Assembly (NCBI GenBank): GCA_964016885.1
Contig: OZ024742.1
Coordinates: 220,782,001-220,846,000, forward strand
From: Eledone cirrhosa
Taxonomy: Eukaryota
Length of the DNA: 64,000 bases
Direction of reading: 5' to 3'
Shown here: positions 32,147 to 43,974 of the stretch, piece by piece
How the letters are laid out: each line of letters starts with the position of its first letter
Position numbering within the stretch: position 1 is the stretch's first letter
Translations under genes and position numbers: made by a program
The notes under the pieces: generated by a model
Databases searched by the model: none
Seen by the model: only the letters and a program-made list of their open reading frames with translations
Told to the model about the DNA's origin: nothing

Positions 32147-32267
32147 TTATTGACACGTGTTTCTATAACAGTTACATAACCTGAAAACAGCTGCTATCTA
32201 CAAAGTATTAGTTATGTAGACATTCAATATTTCAATGTTATTATTTACTGTCATTTCATCAGAATAA
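32147..32267 (-). ncRNA. Hammerhead with long loop II
   Basis: TTATT CTGATGA a ATGACAGT...ACTGTTAT a GAA ACACGTGT C AATAA. Confidence 0.72.
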
Positions 32268-32700
32268 TATTACTGAGGGCCTGTTTGGTTTTTATAGAGA
32301 ATATTAGGAGGGAGGGGTGAAGTTGTTAGAAGAATAGTTGAGGGAGTGGTTTTTTGATAGCAGTGAGAATTTTTGGTGGCAGTGAGTAATTAGATTCCCA
32401 TCTGTTGTTTTGACATTTTTATAGAATATATTATTGGTTATTTTTCTAAATCTATAGAAGGATTAGAGATAGTAAAGATATGCGTTCATGTGTATACATT
32501 TTTATACTCAACTTATCTTTATATACACACGTATAGACACACACATATATACATACATACTCTAGTCTATGTGTATATATATACATATATATATACCAGT
32601 AAGAGAAATAGCTCATTGTAAGAACATCAGGTGTTTTACAGAGCAGGAATATAAATTAGACAAATATCAAAGTTATGTTCAAATCTCAAATCCTTTAATC

Positions 32701-32745
32701 GTTGACAATTGTTTCTTCCAAACTTTAGTTTGGAGTCATCGGAGC
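32701..32745 (-). ncRNA. Hammerhead variant (CCGATGA core)
   Basis: GCT CCGATGA c TCCAAACT/AGTTTGGA a GAA ACAATTGT C AAC. Confidence 0.6.
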
Positions 32746-33486
32746 ATTATCAATGTTTGTGCATATAATTAATTAACCTCCTATTCAACTGAACAATCAT
32801 ATAGATACATATATATTGATGTTGTGAACAACAGTTTAAAAGAGTTGACACTATTGATCAATAATTTTTCATACGTATCTTTAGATGGTATTGGTATGTT
32901 CTTAGTAGACATAGGAAGGTAATCTTTGATTAGCATACTGGTAATTTAATGTATGTTAGCTCAACAGCATGGAGCAGTTAATAATAATAATGATACTATT
33001 TATAGTTATGTATGTACAAACATTGATAATGCTCCGATGTTTTGAAGAAACAATTGTCAGCGATTAAATGATTTGAACATAACTTTGATATTTGTCTAAT
33101 TTATATTCCTGCTCTGTAAAACACCTGATGTTCTTACATTGAGCTATTTCTCTTACTGGTAATAAGGTAGTAATCAATTACTGACCTTTCCTGTTTATAG
33201 TAGTTTATAGTATAGTATATACATAACTATAAATAGTATCATTATTATTATTAAATGCTCCATACTGTTGAGCTAACATACATTAAATTACCAGTATGCT
33301 AATCAAAGATTACCTTCCTATGTCTACTAAGAACATACCAATACCATCTAAAGATACATATGAAAAATTATTGATCAATAGTGTCAACTCTTTTAAACTG
33401 TTGTTCACAACATCAATATATATGTATCTATATGATTGTTCAGTTGAATAGGAGGTTAATTAATTATATGTACAAACATTGATAAT

Positions 33487-33531
33487 GCTCCGATGACTCT
33501 AAACTAAAGTTTGGAAGAAACAATTGTCAGC
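33487..33531 (+). ncRNA. Hammerhead variant (CCGATGA core); a stem II-deleted copy lies at 33031-33061
   Basis: GCT CCGATGA c TCTAAACT/AGTTTGGA a GAA ACAATTGT C AGC. Confidence 0.62.
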
Positions 33532-33707
33532 GATTAAATGATTTGAACGTAACTTTGATATTTGTCTAATTTATATTTGGGGACAGTGTGAATTTTCTTT
33601 TTGAAGGACTACTGGCTTTTCAAATTTAGCTGTCCTTCTAGCACTGACGGAGACCATCACTAATTATTAATAACGATGTAGTTTTTTATATCGATATTGC
33701 ATGGGAA

Positions 33708-33830
33708 TCCACTGATGAGTTATAAGGGGCCGCTTGTGTGTATAGCTATGGATTATATACAAGTTTCTACATAACCTGGACATTATTTATCCCAACTTGT
33801 AGAAATCTTATAACGAAACGATCGTATGGA
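33708..33830 (+). ncRNA. Hammerhead, canonical core, 80-nt loop II
   Basis: TCCA CTGATGA GTTATAAG...CTTATAAC GAA ACGATCGT A TGGA. Confidence 0.8.
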
Positions 33831-34039
33831 AGGAAGGAGAAATTTATTTAATTATGACTCATATAAAATAATACAACCAGCTATCCACGGAATACTGTAT
33901 AGTTAGCACCCCAAAACACTAAATTGGGATTATACTTAAGTATATCCTAATGTTTGTTGAGTGAGATGGAGTTGGTCAGAGTATCGCTTAAAGCTTTCTC
34001 TGTTAATGTATTAAATATATATATATATATATCAGCCAC

Positions 34040-34158
34040 ACGCGTGTGGCTGAGTGGTTAGAGTATTGGATTCACAATCGTGAGGTTGTTAGTTCGATTC
34101 CTGAACCAGGCGATGCGTTATGTCCTTGAGCAAGACACTTTATTTCACGTTGCTCCTT
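34040..34158 (+). mobile_element. tRNA-derived CORE-type SINE
   Basis: A box TGGCTGAGTGG, B box GTTCGATTCC, CORE-like TGTCCTTGAGCAAGACACTT. Confidence 0.75.
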
Positions 34159-34262
34159 CTACCTGGAGTTGCGACCGATAGATAGTATTAGCAATTGGAA
34201 AGACCAACGGAAACATAATTTCCTCGGTCCGATTTGACGAAAGTCGATCGACTAGAAAAAAA

Positions 34263-34331
<69 letters not shown>

Positions 34332-34371
34332 TTCAAAATATTAACAAAATAGATATTCTTGTGATCAAGTA

Positions 34372-34438
34372 TATTTTATTATACATATTTCAGAAGTACT
34401 GAGTTAACTTCAACAGTACGTCCTCATCAGATAAAATA
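34372..34438 (-). ncRNA. Type-I hammerhead, canonical core
   Basis: TATTTTAT CTGATGA GGACGTACTG/CAGTACTTCT GAA ATATGTAT A ATAAAATA. Confidence 0.72.
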
Positions 34439-34702
34439 AGATGATGCATGAAATACCCTGACATAGTAGATGGTTAAGATTCAGTCATGGTAGTGAGTAA
34501 TATATGACAAAACTCAATATTTATATACCTTAATATTGAAAACATGAAAAAAACCCACATATAATACATATAATAGAGAGGGTGCGTGTGAGAAAACTTA
34601 AAAGAATACATGGCAGCAATATAACTGTTAAAGATTCAAATAATTTAAATTACTGAAGAAAGAGGAAAGAAAACATTGTAACTTTAACACAGCTACTGAG
34701 CA

Positions 34703-34732
34703 GCCCCGAGCAACGCCGGGCTTTACTGCTAG
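34703..34732 (+). mobile_element. Helitron 3' terminus
   Basis: CCCGAGCAACGCCGGG hairpin 8 nt before CTAG followed by T; 5' end not identified. Confidence 0.6.
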
Positions 34733-34948
34733 TATATTATTTTTATACTATCTTACATTATATTATATCATAAGAGTATTATATGACATTTTAAATTAGA
34801 ATATCAATAAAAAGCACATCTATCTGATGACAGCTACCCTCATTGTTCAATGAGTCATTAAAAGCAGGACATATAAAAGTGATTGACAAGTTGTTCTCTG
34901 GTATTTCCAAGCAATTTTCTTTCATTACTTTGCCCTAGGACTAGGCAA

Positions 34949-35072
<124 letters not shown>

Positions 35073-35228
35073 AAGATAGGGGGGAAGAAAAAATGGCTTC
35101 ACTTGTGCTTTCTTCACAAAATCCAAAAATAATTTTTCTTAAAAAAAATTATTTTATAAATTAAGTTGTTGGTTGTTGGTTAGGTCTTAGGAGTTCTTGG
35201 TTAACGTAGGAGGTATTGTTTCGTTTTT

Positions 35229-35265
35229 AGAAAGACCTTTCACGCTGAGGTGCGCTTGTCAAACT
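35229..35265 (-). ncRNA. Degenerate minimal hammerhead (UUGACAA core)
   Basis: TTGACAA GCGC/GCGT GAA AGGTCT T; stem I imperfect. Confidence 0.45.
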
Positions 35266-35619
35266 GATGTGTATGTGGTGTGTTGTTCTATATATAGGGA
35301 TTTAACATGTCTGTGGTGTGGTGGGGGTTTCTTTTCTCCCCCTTTAATAAGTGCATGGGTGTAGGTGTGTTGAAAAAGTGTTCATAGCAGTAATGAGTTG
35401 AGACGGTGAGTAGGGTTGGGTGGGGAGAAATGTAGCAAGTGCGGCCTGCCCCGGTCATTCTCGAAAAATTCCTTTATTCAGGGGAAAAAGCTTTTAGCAT
35501 TGCTTTTGTGTTGAGAATGGTCACGGGCAAATCGCACCTGTCAAGTTTGTGAATAATTATTTTTTTCTTTCTTTCCTGAAGAATTTTTCTACGTCCATCC
35601 CAAAGTTAGTCCTTTGTTC

Positions 35620-35802
35620 AACACACACATATGTGTGCATATACGTACATACACACAAGGGCATATGTAGGAATATATAGGCACACACCATCAATCACAC
35701 ACCCATGTACAAATACATACACAAAAACATATAGAGACACATATAAAAACACACATACACATACGTACACACACGAATATGTACTCATACCTCCACATGG
35801 GC

Positions 35803-35833
<31 letters not shown>

Positions 35834-35852
35834 TATATACACATATACATAT

Positions 35853-35885
<33 letters not shown>

Positions 35886-35901
35886 TACATATACACATAC
35901 A

Positions 35902-35967
<66 letters not shown>

Positions 35968-36282
35968 CACACACACATATATATATATATATATAAATAT
36001 ACATATATACATACATATACATACATACACACACATACATATACACACATAAAGATACATAACTAAATATACATATATACACATACACGCACACATACAT
36101 ACACACACACACACACACACGCACGTGTATACACACACACACACATATACATATGCCCGTATATATACCCCTCCGTTCACACATACATGCATACATACAC
36201 ACACATATACACACATACATCCATATATACATATACACATATAAAGAGAGAGGCATACACACACACACACATACATACATAC

Positions 36283-36337
<55 letters not shown>

Positions 36338-36600
36338 TACATACACATACATATACACATATGTACACATAAATACACACAGACACATACACACATATAC
36401 ACATACATATACACATACATACATATCCATATACATATATATACACATACATATACACATATATATATACATATATATGTATATATATATACACACACAT
36501 ACACATACACATACACATACAAGTACACACATACACACATACATACATACACATAGATGTACATACATACATACATACATATTGTATATATATATATAAA
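35620..36600. repeat. Compound (TA)n/(CA)n/(TACA)n low-complexity tract
   Basis: Direct reading; source of many spurious ORFs. Confidence 0.95.
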
Positions 36601-36766
36601 AACAAACATAAATTATCGAGATTCGCATTTCGGCCCACGAAAGAACGAAAAACAACCTTCGAGATGTGAGGCAAGTGCTCAATAATTCAGATGAACCAGA
36701 GCTATAACAAACGTTAAAGGCCAAACCAAACACACTGAGACCATGGTTAAACAATCATTCGCATAG

Positions 36767-36813
<47 letters not shown>

Positions 36814-37027
36814 ACAGGGAGAAAGAGACGATTATGAGGAAGAAAAATATTTTTTTCCCCTTTTTTTTGTCTCTCTCTCTCTTTTTTCTGGGTTAGAAAA
36901 TGATTAAAACGAAATGTTTTACTTTGTGTGAAGTGTTAAGGTATTAGTTTGGAAGTTGGTTGAGAGCACAATTGGCGATATGTTCACTAAATGCAATCTT
37001 TCTGTATTCCTATATTTTAATTTGTGA

Positions 37028-38004
37028 CTGGGCGCCCAGGCGCTCACCGCCCTCTGGCAGGCGGATCCGGTTATCAGTGGAGACTCCACCGCAACATTCT
37101 ATAGAGGGCTGGTACGCAGCAGGTGCGACGACGCCCTCGGAGAAGCCTTAGACATGGAGGAGGACGAACTGGCCGGCCTGTTCGGTAGGACATTCAGCCC
37201 GGGACCTATGGACAACTTCCAGAAGTCCCTGGCCTGGCAGTGCTACCGAGGAGCTTTACCCGTTCGAGAAAGGCTCTACAGACACGGGCGCCCGGGTAGG
37301 GACCCCGCCAAAAAGATCTGTCCCAGATGCGTGTGCGACGAGGAAACCGTTGCACACGCATTGGTACACTGCTCGGGCGTAGCCGATCTGTGGGGCTATG
37401 TCGAACAACTGCTGTCAAGGGTGGGACCGATCCGGTTGACCACCGAGTCTATTGTAATGATCAAGCCGCCTCCCCCCTTCAAAGATGAAGCAGAGGCGGT
37501 GTTTCTGTGCGTAATAGCCATGGCGAAAGAGGTTGTATGGTGGACGCGTCTGAAAGGACTGAGGTCAGGCACCTTTCTCTCTGGCCAACAACTGGTCCGT
37601 TTCTTCCGATATCATTTCGGAAGAAGGATCAGGATGGAGAGATAGGTGCTGCACCCCAGCCGTTTCTATGAAAGATGGGTGAAAGTGGCGAGAATGGCCC
37701 GTGTGAATGGGCCTTCACTCTACATAGGACTATAGGTGAGGAAGATGAAAGACCAAGGGAGCACCCCTTCTCTGTGCTCCTGAGGAGAAGGGTTGCACAC
37801 TTTTTTCGGGGGTGTGTGCGACCCCCCAAGGCGCCTCCTCTCTATTGAGGACTTTGTTATAAATTTTATTTTTTGTTATATTTTATTTTATTTTTATATA
37901 TTGTTATTGCCTCCTCCTTATTGAGGACGCCTTGTTTTGTAAACTCCCCCCATTGTACTTGTCCCACTTTTGATGCCCTGGTGGCAAATAAAAGAAACAT
38001 ATAT
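37028..38004 (+). mobile_element. Tx1-clade LINE family D, 3' fragment
   Basis: C-terminal CPRC..H..C region; homologous to 53195-54180 inverted; ends AATAAAAGAAAC-ATAT. Confidence 0.88.
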
Positions 38005-38180
38005 TTTAATTTGTGATTTATGGACGGTCATACGTTGACGGAGGCTGTTTTTTGTCTGTCCTATATATATATAAACGTTTGAATTTGTAAAGCCAAACAA
38101 TGCAGGTATGCACATAGAATACAAATGCAAATGCAAAAGATATTGTTGACATTACTCATTACACAATGCTTCAAGTGAAC
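38004..38180 (-). pseudogene. Small PLE GIY-YIG remnant
   Basis: YIGQTKNSLRQRMTVHKSQI, similar to 18309-19265. Confidence 0.6.
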
Positions 38181-38251
38181 TATAACTTCCTCCATATATA
38201 TATATATATGTATGTATATATATGAAGATAATATGATTTTTGACTTAGGCA

Positions 38252-38304
<53 letters not shown>

Positions 38305-38305
38305 T

Positions 38306-38343
<38 letters not shown>

Positions 38344-38614
38344 ATAATAATAATAATAATGATTTCATTTATTGGCCACAAGGGCCGACATATAGGGGAC
38401 AACACAATAGACAGGGACAGTGGGGGTTTACATAGAGATCGAGTAAGTATAAATAACAAAAAAAACAAAATAACAATAAAAATACAACAATGAAAGTTCC
38501 CCAATAAGAGGGATCACCACCCAGGGTTGACTCAAGCACCCCACCAGTCCTGAGCCACCCGACGCTCCTAGGGCACCCGGGAAGGGCACCCCTCTCCTTC
38601 TCGAATTCACCAGC

Positions 38615-41600
38615 CTACAGGCGCATGATCAGAGTAGGCCCACTCACGCGGGCCATTCTCGCCACATTCACCCACCTTTCAGTAAATGTACTGGGGGGCA
38701 GCACTTCTCTCTCCACCCTCACCTTCCTTTCCAAGTGAAACTTGAAGAAGTTGATGAGGGATTGGCCGAAGAGAAAAGTGTCTGTCTTCAGTCCTTTCAA
38801 CCTGGTCCACCATGCAACCTCTTTCGCTACTGCCACCAGGCAGAGGAAAATTGCCTGCCCTTCCTGACCAAAAGAAGGCGGCGGGTCAATCTTCACTATG
38901 GACTCGGACGATAGCCGGATCCGTTCTACACGCGACAATAGCTGTTCGACATAACCCCACAAGTCAGCAATGCACGGACACTGGACGAGTGCGTGCAGAA
39001 CGGTTTCGTCGCTCTGCGCGCATCTCGGGCAGGTTCGTCTGACAGCACTTCCGTGCCTGTAGAGTTTATCCCGAACCGGCAGCGCCCCCCGGTAGCACTG
39101 CCAAGCGAGGGATTTCTGGAAGTTATCCATCGTCCCCGGCTCGAAAGTCCTCCGGAACATACTGGTCAGTTCTACTTCGTTGACGCCCAGAGCCTCTCCT
39201 AGTACGTCATCGCACTTGCCCTCCACTAATCCTCTATAGAAATCTTGAGTGGAAGTTCCACTGACCGCATTGCCCACCTTGCAGAGTGCAGTGAGCGCCT
39301 GGCAACATTCCAGATGCCAGTCGCCCAGTCTCGGTCTCTTCTTGACCCAGGACTGCAGCTCAGTCAAAGAGATGAGCTGCGGAAAGGCCCGTCTAACAAA
39401 CGGCGACCACACCTGTTCACCGTTTAGGCAAAATATCTGGAGATGTCGCAGCCTCAGCGCATGTCTGCGCATCATTAGCCACGGCATGCCCAGCCCTCCA
39501 CGAAGAGGGTGCTGGCAGCAGATGGACCGCCTCACCAACGGGACCCGTCCCCTCCACAAAAATTTGAAAAGGAGCCGTTCCAAATTGGCGAGGCGTGGAC
39601 GGGGGCAAGGCACGACGGTCAGGCGGTAGTAGATGACGGACGCGATGTACGCGTTCGCCACCTCCGCCCGCCCTTTCAGTGATAGCTTTCTCTCAGCCCA
39701 TTTCTGGGTGAGGTTGGCTATCCTGCTCGTCACCTCGTCCCAATTCTTATCCACCTGGAGGTCTGGTCCGAACCAAACCCCGAGCAACTTTACCGGTCCG
39801 TCTGTCCAGCGCCCAACGACGCTGTTGGACGGCATGGACTTGCCTCTCCAGGTGCCGAGCTGCAAGCCCACCGACTTTTCCGGGTTAAGTTTTGCTCCCG
39901 TCAACCTTTCATATTCCTCCAAATGGGTGCGGATCACCTCGATTTCCGAGGTGTCCGACACCATCACGGTGATGTCGTCCGCATAAGCGGACGCAGCCTT
40001 TCTACGTCCCGGTTCGAGCGGGATGCCCTGCAACAACTCCAGCTTCCGCAGTAGAGGCTCAAGAGTCAATACGTACAGAAGTGAGGAGAGAGGGCACCCT
40101 TGACGGACCGATCGAGAGATCTGAAACGGTTCCGAGAGGTGGCCATTAACTTTGACCACCGAGCGGATGCCGCTGTACATTGCAGCGATCCAGCTTCTGA
40201 AGACGGGGCCGAAGCCAGCCGCCTCGAGGACAGCCTCCAAGTACCGATGGTCGACCCTATCGAATGCTTTCGATTGATCTAAATTGATCAGAGCCCCACC
40301 GAAGCCAGGTTTGCACCCAACCCTCTCTATGATGTATCGCATGAGGTGGAGGTTGTCGTGTATGGACCTGGTCGGGATTGCGCAAGTTTGCGCCTCCCCA
40401 ACCAAATCTTTGACGACAAGCGCCAACCTTTTCGCTAACACCTTGGCCAAAATCTTAAACTCTGTGTTGAGCAGGGTTATGGGCCTGAAATTATCTAGTG
40501 TGTCCCTCTTGTTCTCGTCTTTCCTTATCAGCGTCACTACGCCACGGCTCACAGAACTGGGAATGCTCCCGTTCTGCTGCCAGTTGCAGTAGAGCGCTTC
40601 GAGGAGATCGGAGAACAAGTCTGGCATATTTACGTAAAGCTCGTAGGGCAGACCATCCAAACCGGGTGACTTGCGACTCGAGCAGCCGACAAGGGCGTCC
40701 TGAATTTCGGCTGATGTTATCGGCTCTTCGCAGCGCTCAGCGTCGGCCGTCGAGAGGCGTGGCAAGCCGTCGAGGTAGGGACTGAAGTCCGCCGCCGTCT
40801 CCGACTCACCCATCCTCCCGAACAATCGAGCAAAGTGCTGGCGAAAGGCCTCACACATCTGCTTGGAATCGCTCAGTTCGTGTCCATCTCGATCCGTCAA
40901 AGACCGAATTGTGGTTTTATTTCCACGCTGCGTCTCTGCAAAGCGAGCCCATCGGGCAGCTTTGGTTCCCTCGTTCCTCAGAGCACGCGCCTTAGCTCTG
41001 ACAATGCAACCTTCGTGTTTCGCATTGAAGAAATGGTCTAGTGCCATTCTCGCCGCTAGCACGTCTGTTGCAATGCCACTACAAATAGCCTCGTCTAACT
41101 TAGCTATCAGCCCCTCCTCCTTTTTATTTTTCTCTATTGCTACTTCTTTGCTAAATCCTATCGAGGTTGCTCTAATCTCTCTTTTGAGTGCCCCCCACCA
41201 CCTGTTGTTGACAACCCCCCCTGTCAACTTTTGCTTAACTAAGTTGTTGACCCGGTCCCTGTAAGCTTTACGTGCCGGAAACGACATGTTTAGCTTCCAG
41301 TAGCTAGGTCCTAACCTACGTGTCTTATCTAGGTCGACCATACAGATCACAAGCTTGTGATCTGAATAGGCAACCGTTTTAAAATGTGGACATCCTACAC
41401 TATTTCTATCTCTTTTCCTAATGAAAATCCTATCTATGTACGATCTAGATGACCCTATGCGATTGGTCCAGGTCCATACTGGCGCATTAGGGAAATCTAG
41501 TCGGTACCTGTCAGACAGTTGAAACTGGCTGATCAGGTACTTGAGGCTTTTGCACCCCCCGCTCCTATCAGATACTCCCACACAATCCCAGCGTGCTTCT

Positions 41601-42034
41601 AAGATGCCATTCCAATCCCCTATTAACAGTAAAGGGCGAGACGTAAGTAGAAAGTTTTCCAGGCGCCTAAAGAAGTCCGGCCGACCGGCCCCAGTAGGGG
41701 CGTAGACGGCCACCAGTCTAAAGGCACCACCTTCGCTATTGCTCACGTCCAGGACCACCAACTTTCCGTCAGGATCCCGGAAGATTGACCTTACCTCGAG
41801 ATCCAGACATTTCCTAAACAGCACAGCCACTCCACCTCCCATTCCCGGCCGACTAACAGATGCAAAGATCTGATAATCGTCGAAAATCGGCGCCAGTGCG
41901 CGTGTGTCGGAAATTCTGGTCTCGCTGATGGCAATTACATCCATTCCTAGTGACCTGAGGTCGTTGAGCAAGTGACCTTGCTTCCAGGGCGACCCCAGGC
42001 CACGAACATTTAAACTTCCTACTCTTATGGCCAT
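38615..42034 (-). CDS. Tx1/L1 ORF2: APE endonuclease + reverse transcriptase + C-terminal Zn motif (1139 aa, intact)
   Basis: SLNVRGL, SETR, GDWN, SYIDR, SDHK; PGLDG, RPITLLN, DQSKAFDRV, QGCPLS, YADD; CPRC..H...C. Confidence 0.95.
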   Translation of the reverse strand: MAIRVGSLNVRGLGSPWKQGHLLNDLRSLGMDVIAISETRISDTRALAPIFDDYQIFASVSRPGMGGGVAVLFRKCLDLEVRSIFRDPDGKLVVLDVSNSEGGAFRLVAVYAPTGAGRPDFFRRLENFLLTSRPLLLIGDWNGILEARWDCVGVSDRSGGCKSLKYLISQFQLSDRYRLDFPNAPVWTWTNRIGSSRSYIDRIFIRKRDRNSVGCPHFKTVAYSDHKLVICMVDLDKTRRLGPSYWKLNMSFPARKAYRDRVNNLVKQKLTGGVVNNRWWGALKREIRATSIGFSKEVAIEKNKKEEGLIAKLDEAICSGIATDVLAARMALDHFFNAKHEGCIVRAKARALRNEGTKAARWARFAETQRGNKTTIRSLTDRDGHELSDSKQMCEAFRQHFARLFGRMGESETAADFSPYLDGLPRLSTADAERCEEPITSAEIQDALVGCSSRKSPGLDGLPYELYVNMPDLFSDLLEALYCNWQQNGSIPSSVSRGVVTLIRKDENKRDTLDNFRPITLLNTEFKILAKVLAKRLALVVKDLVGEAQTCAIPTRSIHDNLHLMRYIIERVGCKPGFGGALINLDQSKAFDRVDHRYLEAVLEAAGFGPVFRSWIAAMYSGIRSVVKVNGHLSEPFQISRSVRQGCPLSSLLYVLTLEPLLRKLELLQGIPLEPGRRKAASAYADDITVMVSDTSEIEVIRTHLEEYERLTGAKLNPEKSVGLQLGTWRGKSMPSNSVVGRWTDGPVKLLGVWFGPDLQVDKNWDEVTSRIANLTQKWAERKLSLKGRAEVANAYIASVIYYRLTVVPCPRPRLANLERLLFKFLWRGRVPLVRRSICCQHPLRGGLGMPWLMMRRHALRLRHLQIFCLNGEQVWSPFVRRAFPQLISLTELQSWVKKRPRLGDWHLECCQALTALCKVGNAVSGTSTQDFYRGLVEGKCDDVLGEALGVNEVELTSMFRRTFEPGTMDNFQKSLAWQCYRGALPVRDKLYRHGSAVRRTCPRCAQSDETVLHALVQCPCIADLWGYVEQLLSRVERIRLSSESIVKIDPPPSFGQEGQAIFLCLVAVAKEVAWWTRLKGLKTDTFLFGQSLINFFKFHLERKVRVEREVLPPSTFTERWVNVARMARVSGPTLIMRL

Positions 42035-42063
42035 GCTGGCAGGATGAATGGGAGAGGAAAGGT

Positions 42064-43974
42064 TTACTTACCTTCCGGGGTCTTGTGAAGGTCGGGTGGT
42101 TCGACCTCCATGGTTTGTGGGGTTTCTTTTGGGAACCCCTTTAATAGTCTTGACGTGGGTTTTACGTTCGGGGTTCCCACATCCCGAGGAAAGCTCTTTC
42201 GAATTTCTTTGTATGAAGCGAGCGACATTCGCATCAGAAGCAAATTATCTGGTACGCGAAATGTGCTCGCTTCAAATGTTTCCCCGTCTTTTTCGATGTT
42301 TGTGCTTCGTGCTACATGGGCCATCAATTCCTTGTTGGCCCTTCTGGCAAGCACGAAGTTTTTAATGTTTTGTTGCTCGGGTTTTATTTGTTCGTGTGAT
42401 TGTGGTGGTGATAGCTTTGTTAGTGTTGTTTCTATTGTGTCTGCGTTTGTTGTGGGTGGGGTGTCTGTAGTTTCTGATGTTTGTGTGTCTATTTGTTCTT
42501 GTGTCTGTTTAGCTTGTTTGCGTTTGGGGGATTTTGGTGGTTGTGTTGGTGATGTTGTGGGGAAAATGTTTGTGTGGGTGGTGTGTGTATTTTTTTTTGT
42601 GGGGGTGTTTGTGCTTTGTGGATTTCTTTTTTTTTTGTGTTTTGTTTTTTGTATTTTGGGGGACTTTGGTTTTCCCTCATCTTCACTGCTGGAGGATGAG
42701 GGGTCTGTGGCTGTGAGCGTGTTTGTGTCTGAGTGAGTGTTTATGTTCTTGTTCGTGTGTGTATTTTGGGGGGGAGGGGGAATGGGAGAGCTTTCCTCGT
42801 TTCCCCCCTGGGTGTGCAATTTTGGTGGTTCCATTGTTGACGGTGTTGCTGGTGGTCCTTGTCCCGGCGTCGCCAGCAGTGGAATCTTTCGACCCCTTGC
42901 GCTTTTCGGCAGTTGAGGGCAGAAGGCTCGCAAGTGTGTCGTTTCCCCACAAAGGAAACAATGCGGCCTTTTGCCCTCAGTCATTATATGCAACACCCTC
43001 CCGTTTTGGAGGCGGATGTGGTCCGGGATTGTTTTTACGTTTTCGGGTCTGATTTGGAGCAGTATCTCCAGATCAACCCCGGACCAGTCGTCCCTGGCAG
43101 TTCTCGTTGCCTCTACCGGGACTGTATCCGTTCCTTCCACGATTACGCAACCCAGGAGCCACCACATATCAAGTCCTGGTGGAATCCTGGGAATGCGCAC
43201 ACGTGCTATTCGTTTTCCCATGTGGGAGGGGTACATTATGACCTTGCTGGTTTTGCAAGGGGTCATTGAATGCTTCACAGCGAGGGCTTCAGACTTGAAC
43301 AGCACCGAAACGGTGCCGTATTGCCTGCCCCTCTCTATGAAGTCTGTGTCCTCTCTGATGTATTTCAGTGCGGCTTCTATGTCAGCTTGGGCGATTATCG
43401 CTGCCCTCTTTGTCTCTACTGAGATGCATCTGAAATGCACCGTTCTTTTTTCCACTGCCTCAATGGCTTCTGCCGGGACAGTTAAGTTTGCCCAGGTCTG
43501 CTCTTGATTTATGATTTTCCAGGCCTGGGCCAACTTTTCCTCTCTGTTGGTTAAGTCGATGCTGTAGCATGGTCTCCTTTTAGCCGCTGCCACAGCAGCG
43601 AAAGTGTTCTTGTTGGTGTTGTCACTGTTGTTGTTCTTGTTGGTGTTGCTGCTGCTATTGCTGTTGTTGTTCTCCCCTGTGTCGTAGTTACCTTCTGTGC
43701 TGTTGGCCTTGTTGGTGCTGCTGCTGTCGCTACTATTACTCTCTGTGCTGTTCGTTTTGTTGGTGCTCTCGCTATTACCACCTTCTGCGCTGTTCGGCTT
43801 GTTGGTGTTGGTGTTGTCGCTGTTACCACCTTCCGCGCCGCTCGGCCCGTTGGTGCTGGCACTGTCGCTGCTCACATTCGTGCTGGTGGCGCTCCTCGCC
43901 TCACCTCTCCTCTCAACGCTCAAGTCGCCGTTGCACGACAGCAGACCCGCCTCTAGGGGGCGTGGCTCCGCCAT
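42064..43974 (-). CDS. Tx1 ORF1 gag-like protein (636 aa, intact)
   Basis: CCHC knuckle CFLCGETTHLRAFC; FAAVAA motif; N/S-rich N-terminal repeats; 29 nt upstream of ORF2. Confidence 0.88.
   Translation of the reverse strand: MAEPRPLEAGLLSCNGDLSVERRGEARSATSTNVSSDSASTNGPSGAEGGNSDNTNTNKPNSAEGGNSESTNKTNSTESNSSDSSSTNKANSTEGNYDTGENNNSNSSSNTNKNNNSDNTNKNTFAAVAAAKRRPCYSIDLTNREEKLAQAWKIINQEQTWANLTVPAEAIEAVEKRTVHFRCISVETKRAAIIAQADIEAALKYIREDTDFIERGRQYGTVSVLFKSEALAVKHSMTPCKTSKVIMYPSHMGKRIARVRIPRIPPGLDMWWLLGCVIVEGTDTVPVEATRTARDDWSGVDLEILLQIRPENVKTIPDHIRLQNGRVLHIMTEGKRPHCFLCGETTHLRAFCPQLPKSARGRKIPLLATPGQGPPATPSTMEPPKLHTQGGNEESSPIPPPPQNTHTNKNINTHSDTNTLTATDPSSSSSEDEGKPKSPKIQKTKHKKKRNPQSTNTPTKKNTHTTHTNIFPTTSPTQPPKSPKRKQAKQTQEQIDTQTSETTDTPPTTNADTIETTLTKLSPPQSHEQIKPEQQNIKNFVLARRANKELMAHVARSTNIEKDGETFEASTFRVPDNLLLMRMSLASYKEIRKSFPRDVGTPNVKPTSRLLKGFPKETPQTMEVEPPDLHKTPEGK

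Larger units (their letters stand above)
32595..33577. mobile_element. ORF-less 456-bp hammerhead unit: one inverted plus ~1.25 tandem copies
   Basis: 33013.. repeats at 33469..; 32595-33016 is the reverse complement of the unit. Confidence 0.75.

Noticed and set aside
34040-34110. tRNA gene
   Set aside because: No closing acceptor stem and it continues into a CORE-like body; it is a SINE head
34825-34870. CTGATGA followed by a hairpin
   Set aside because: No GAAA, stem III or closing stem I
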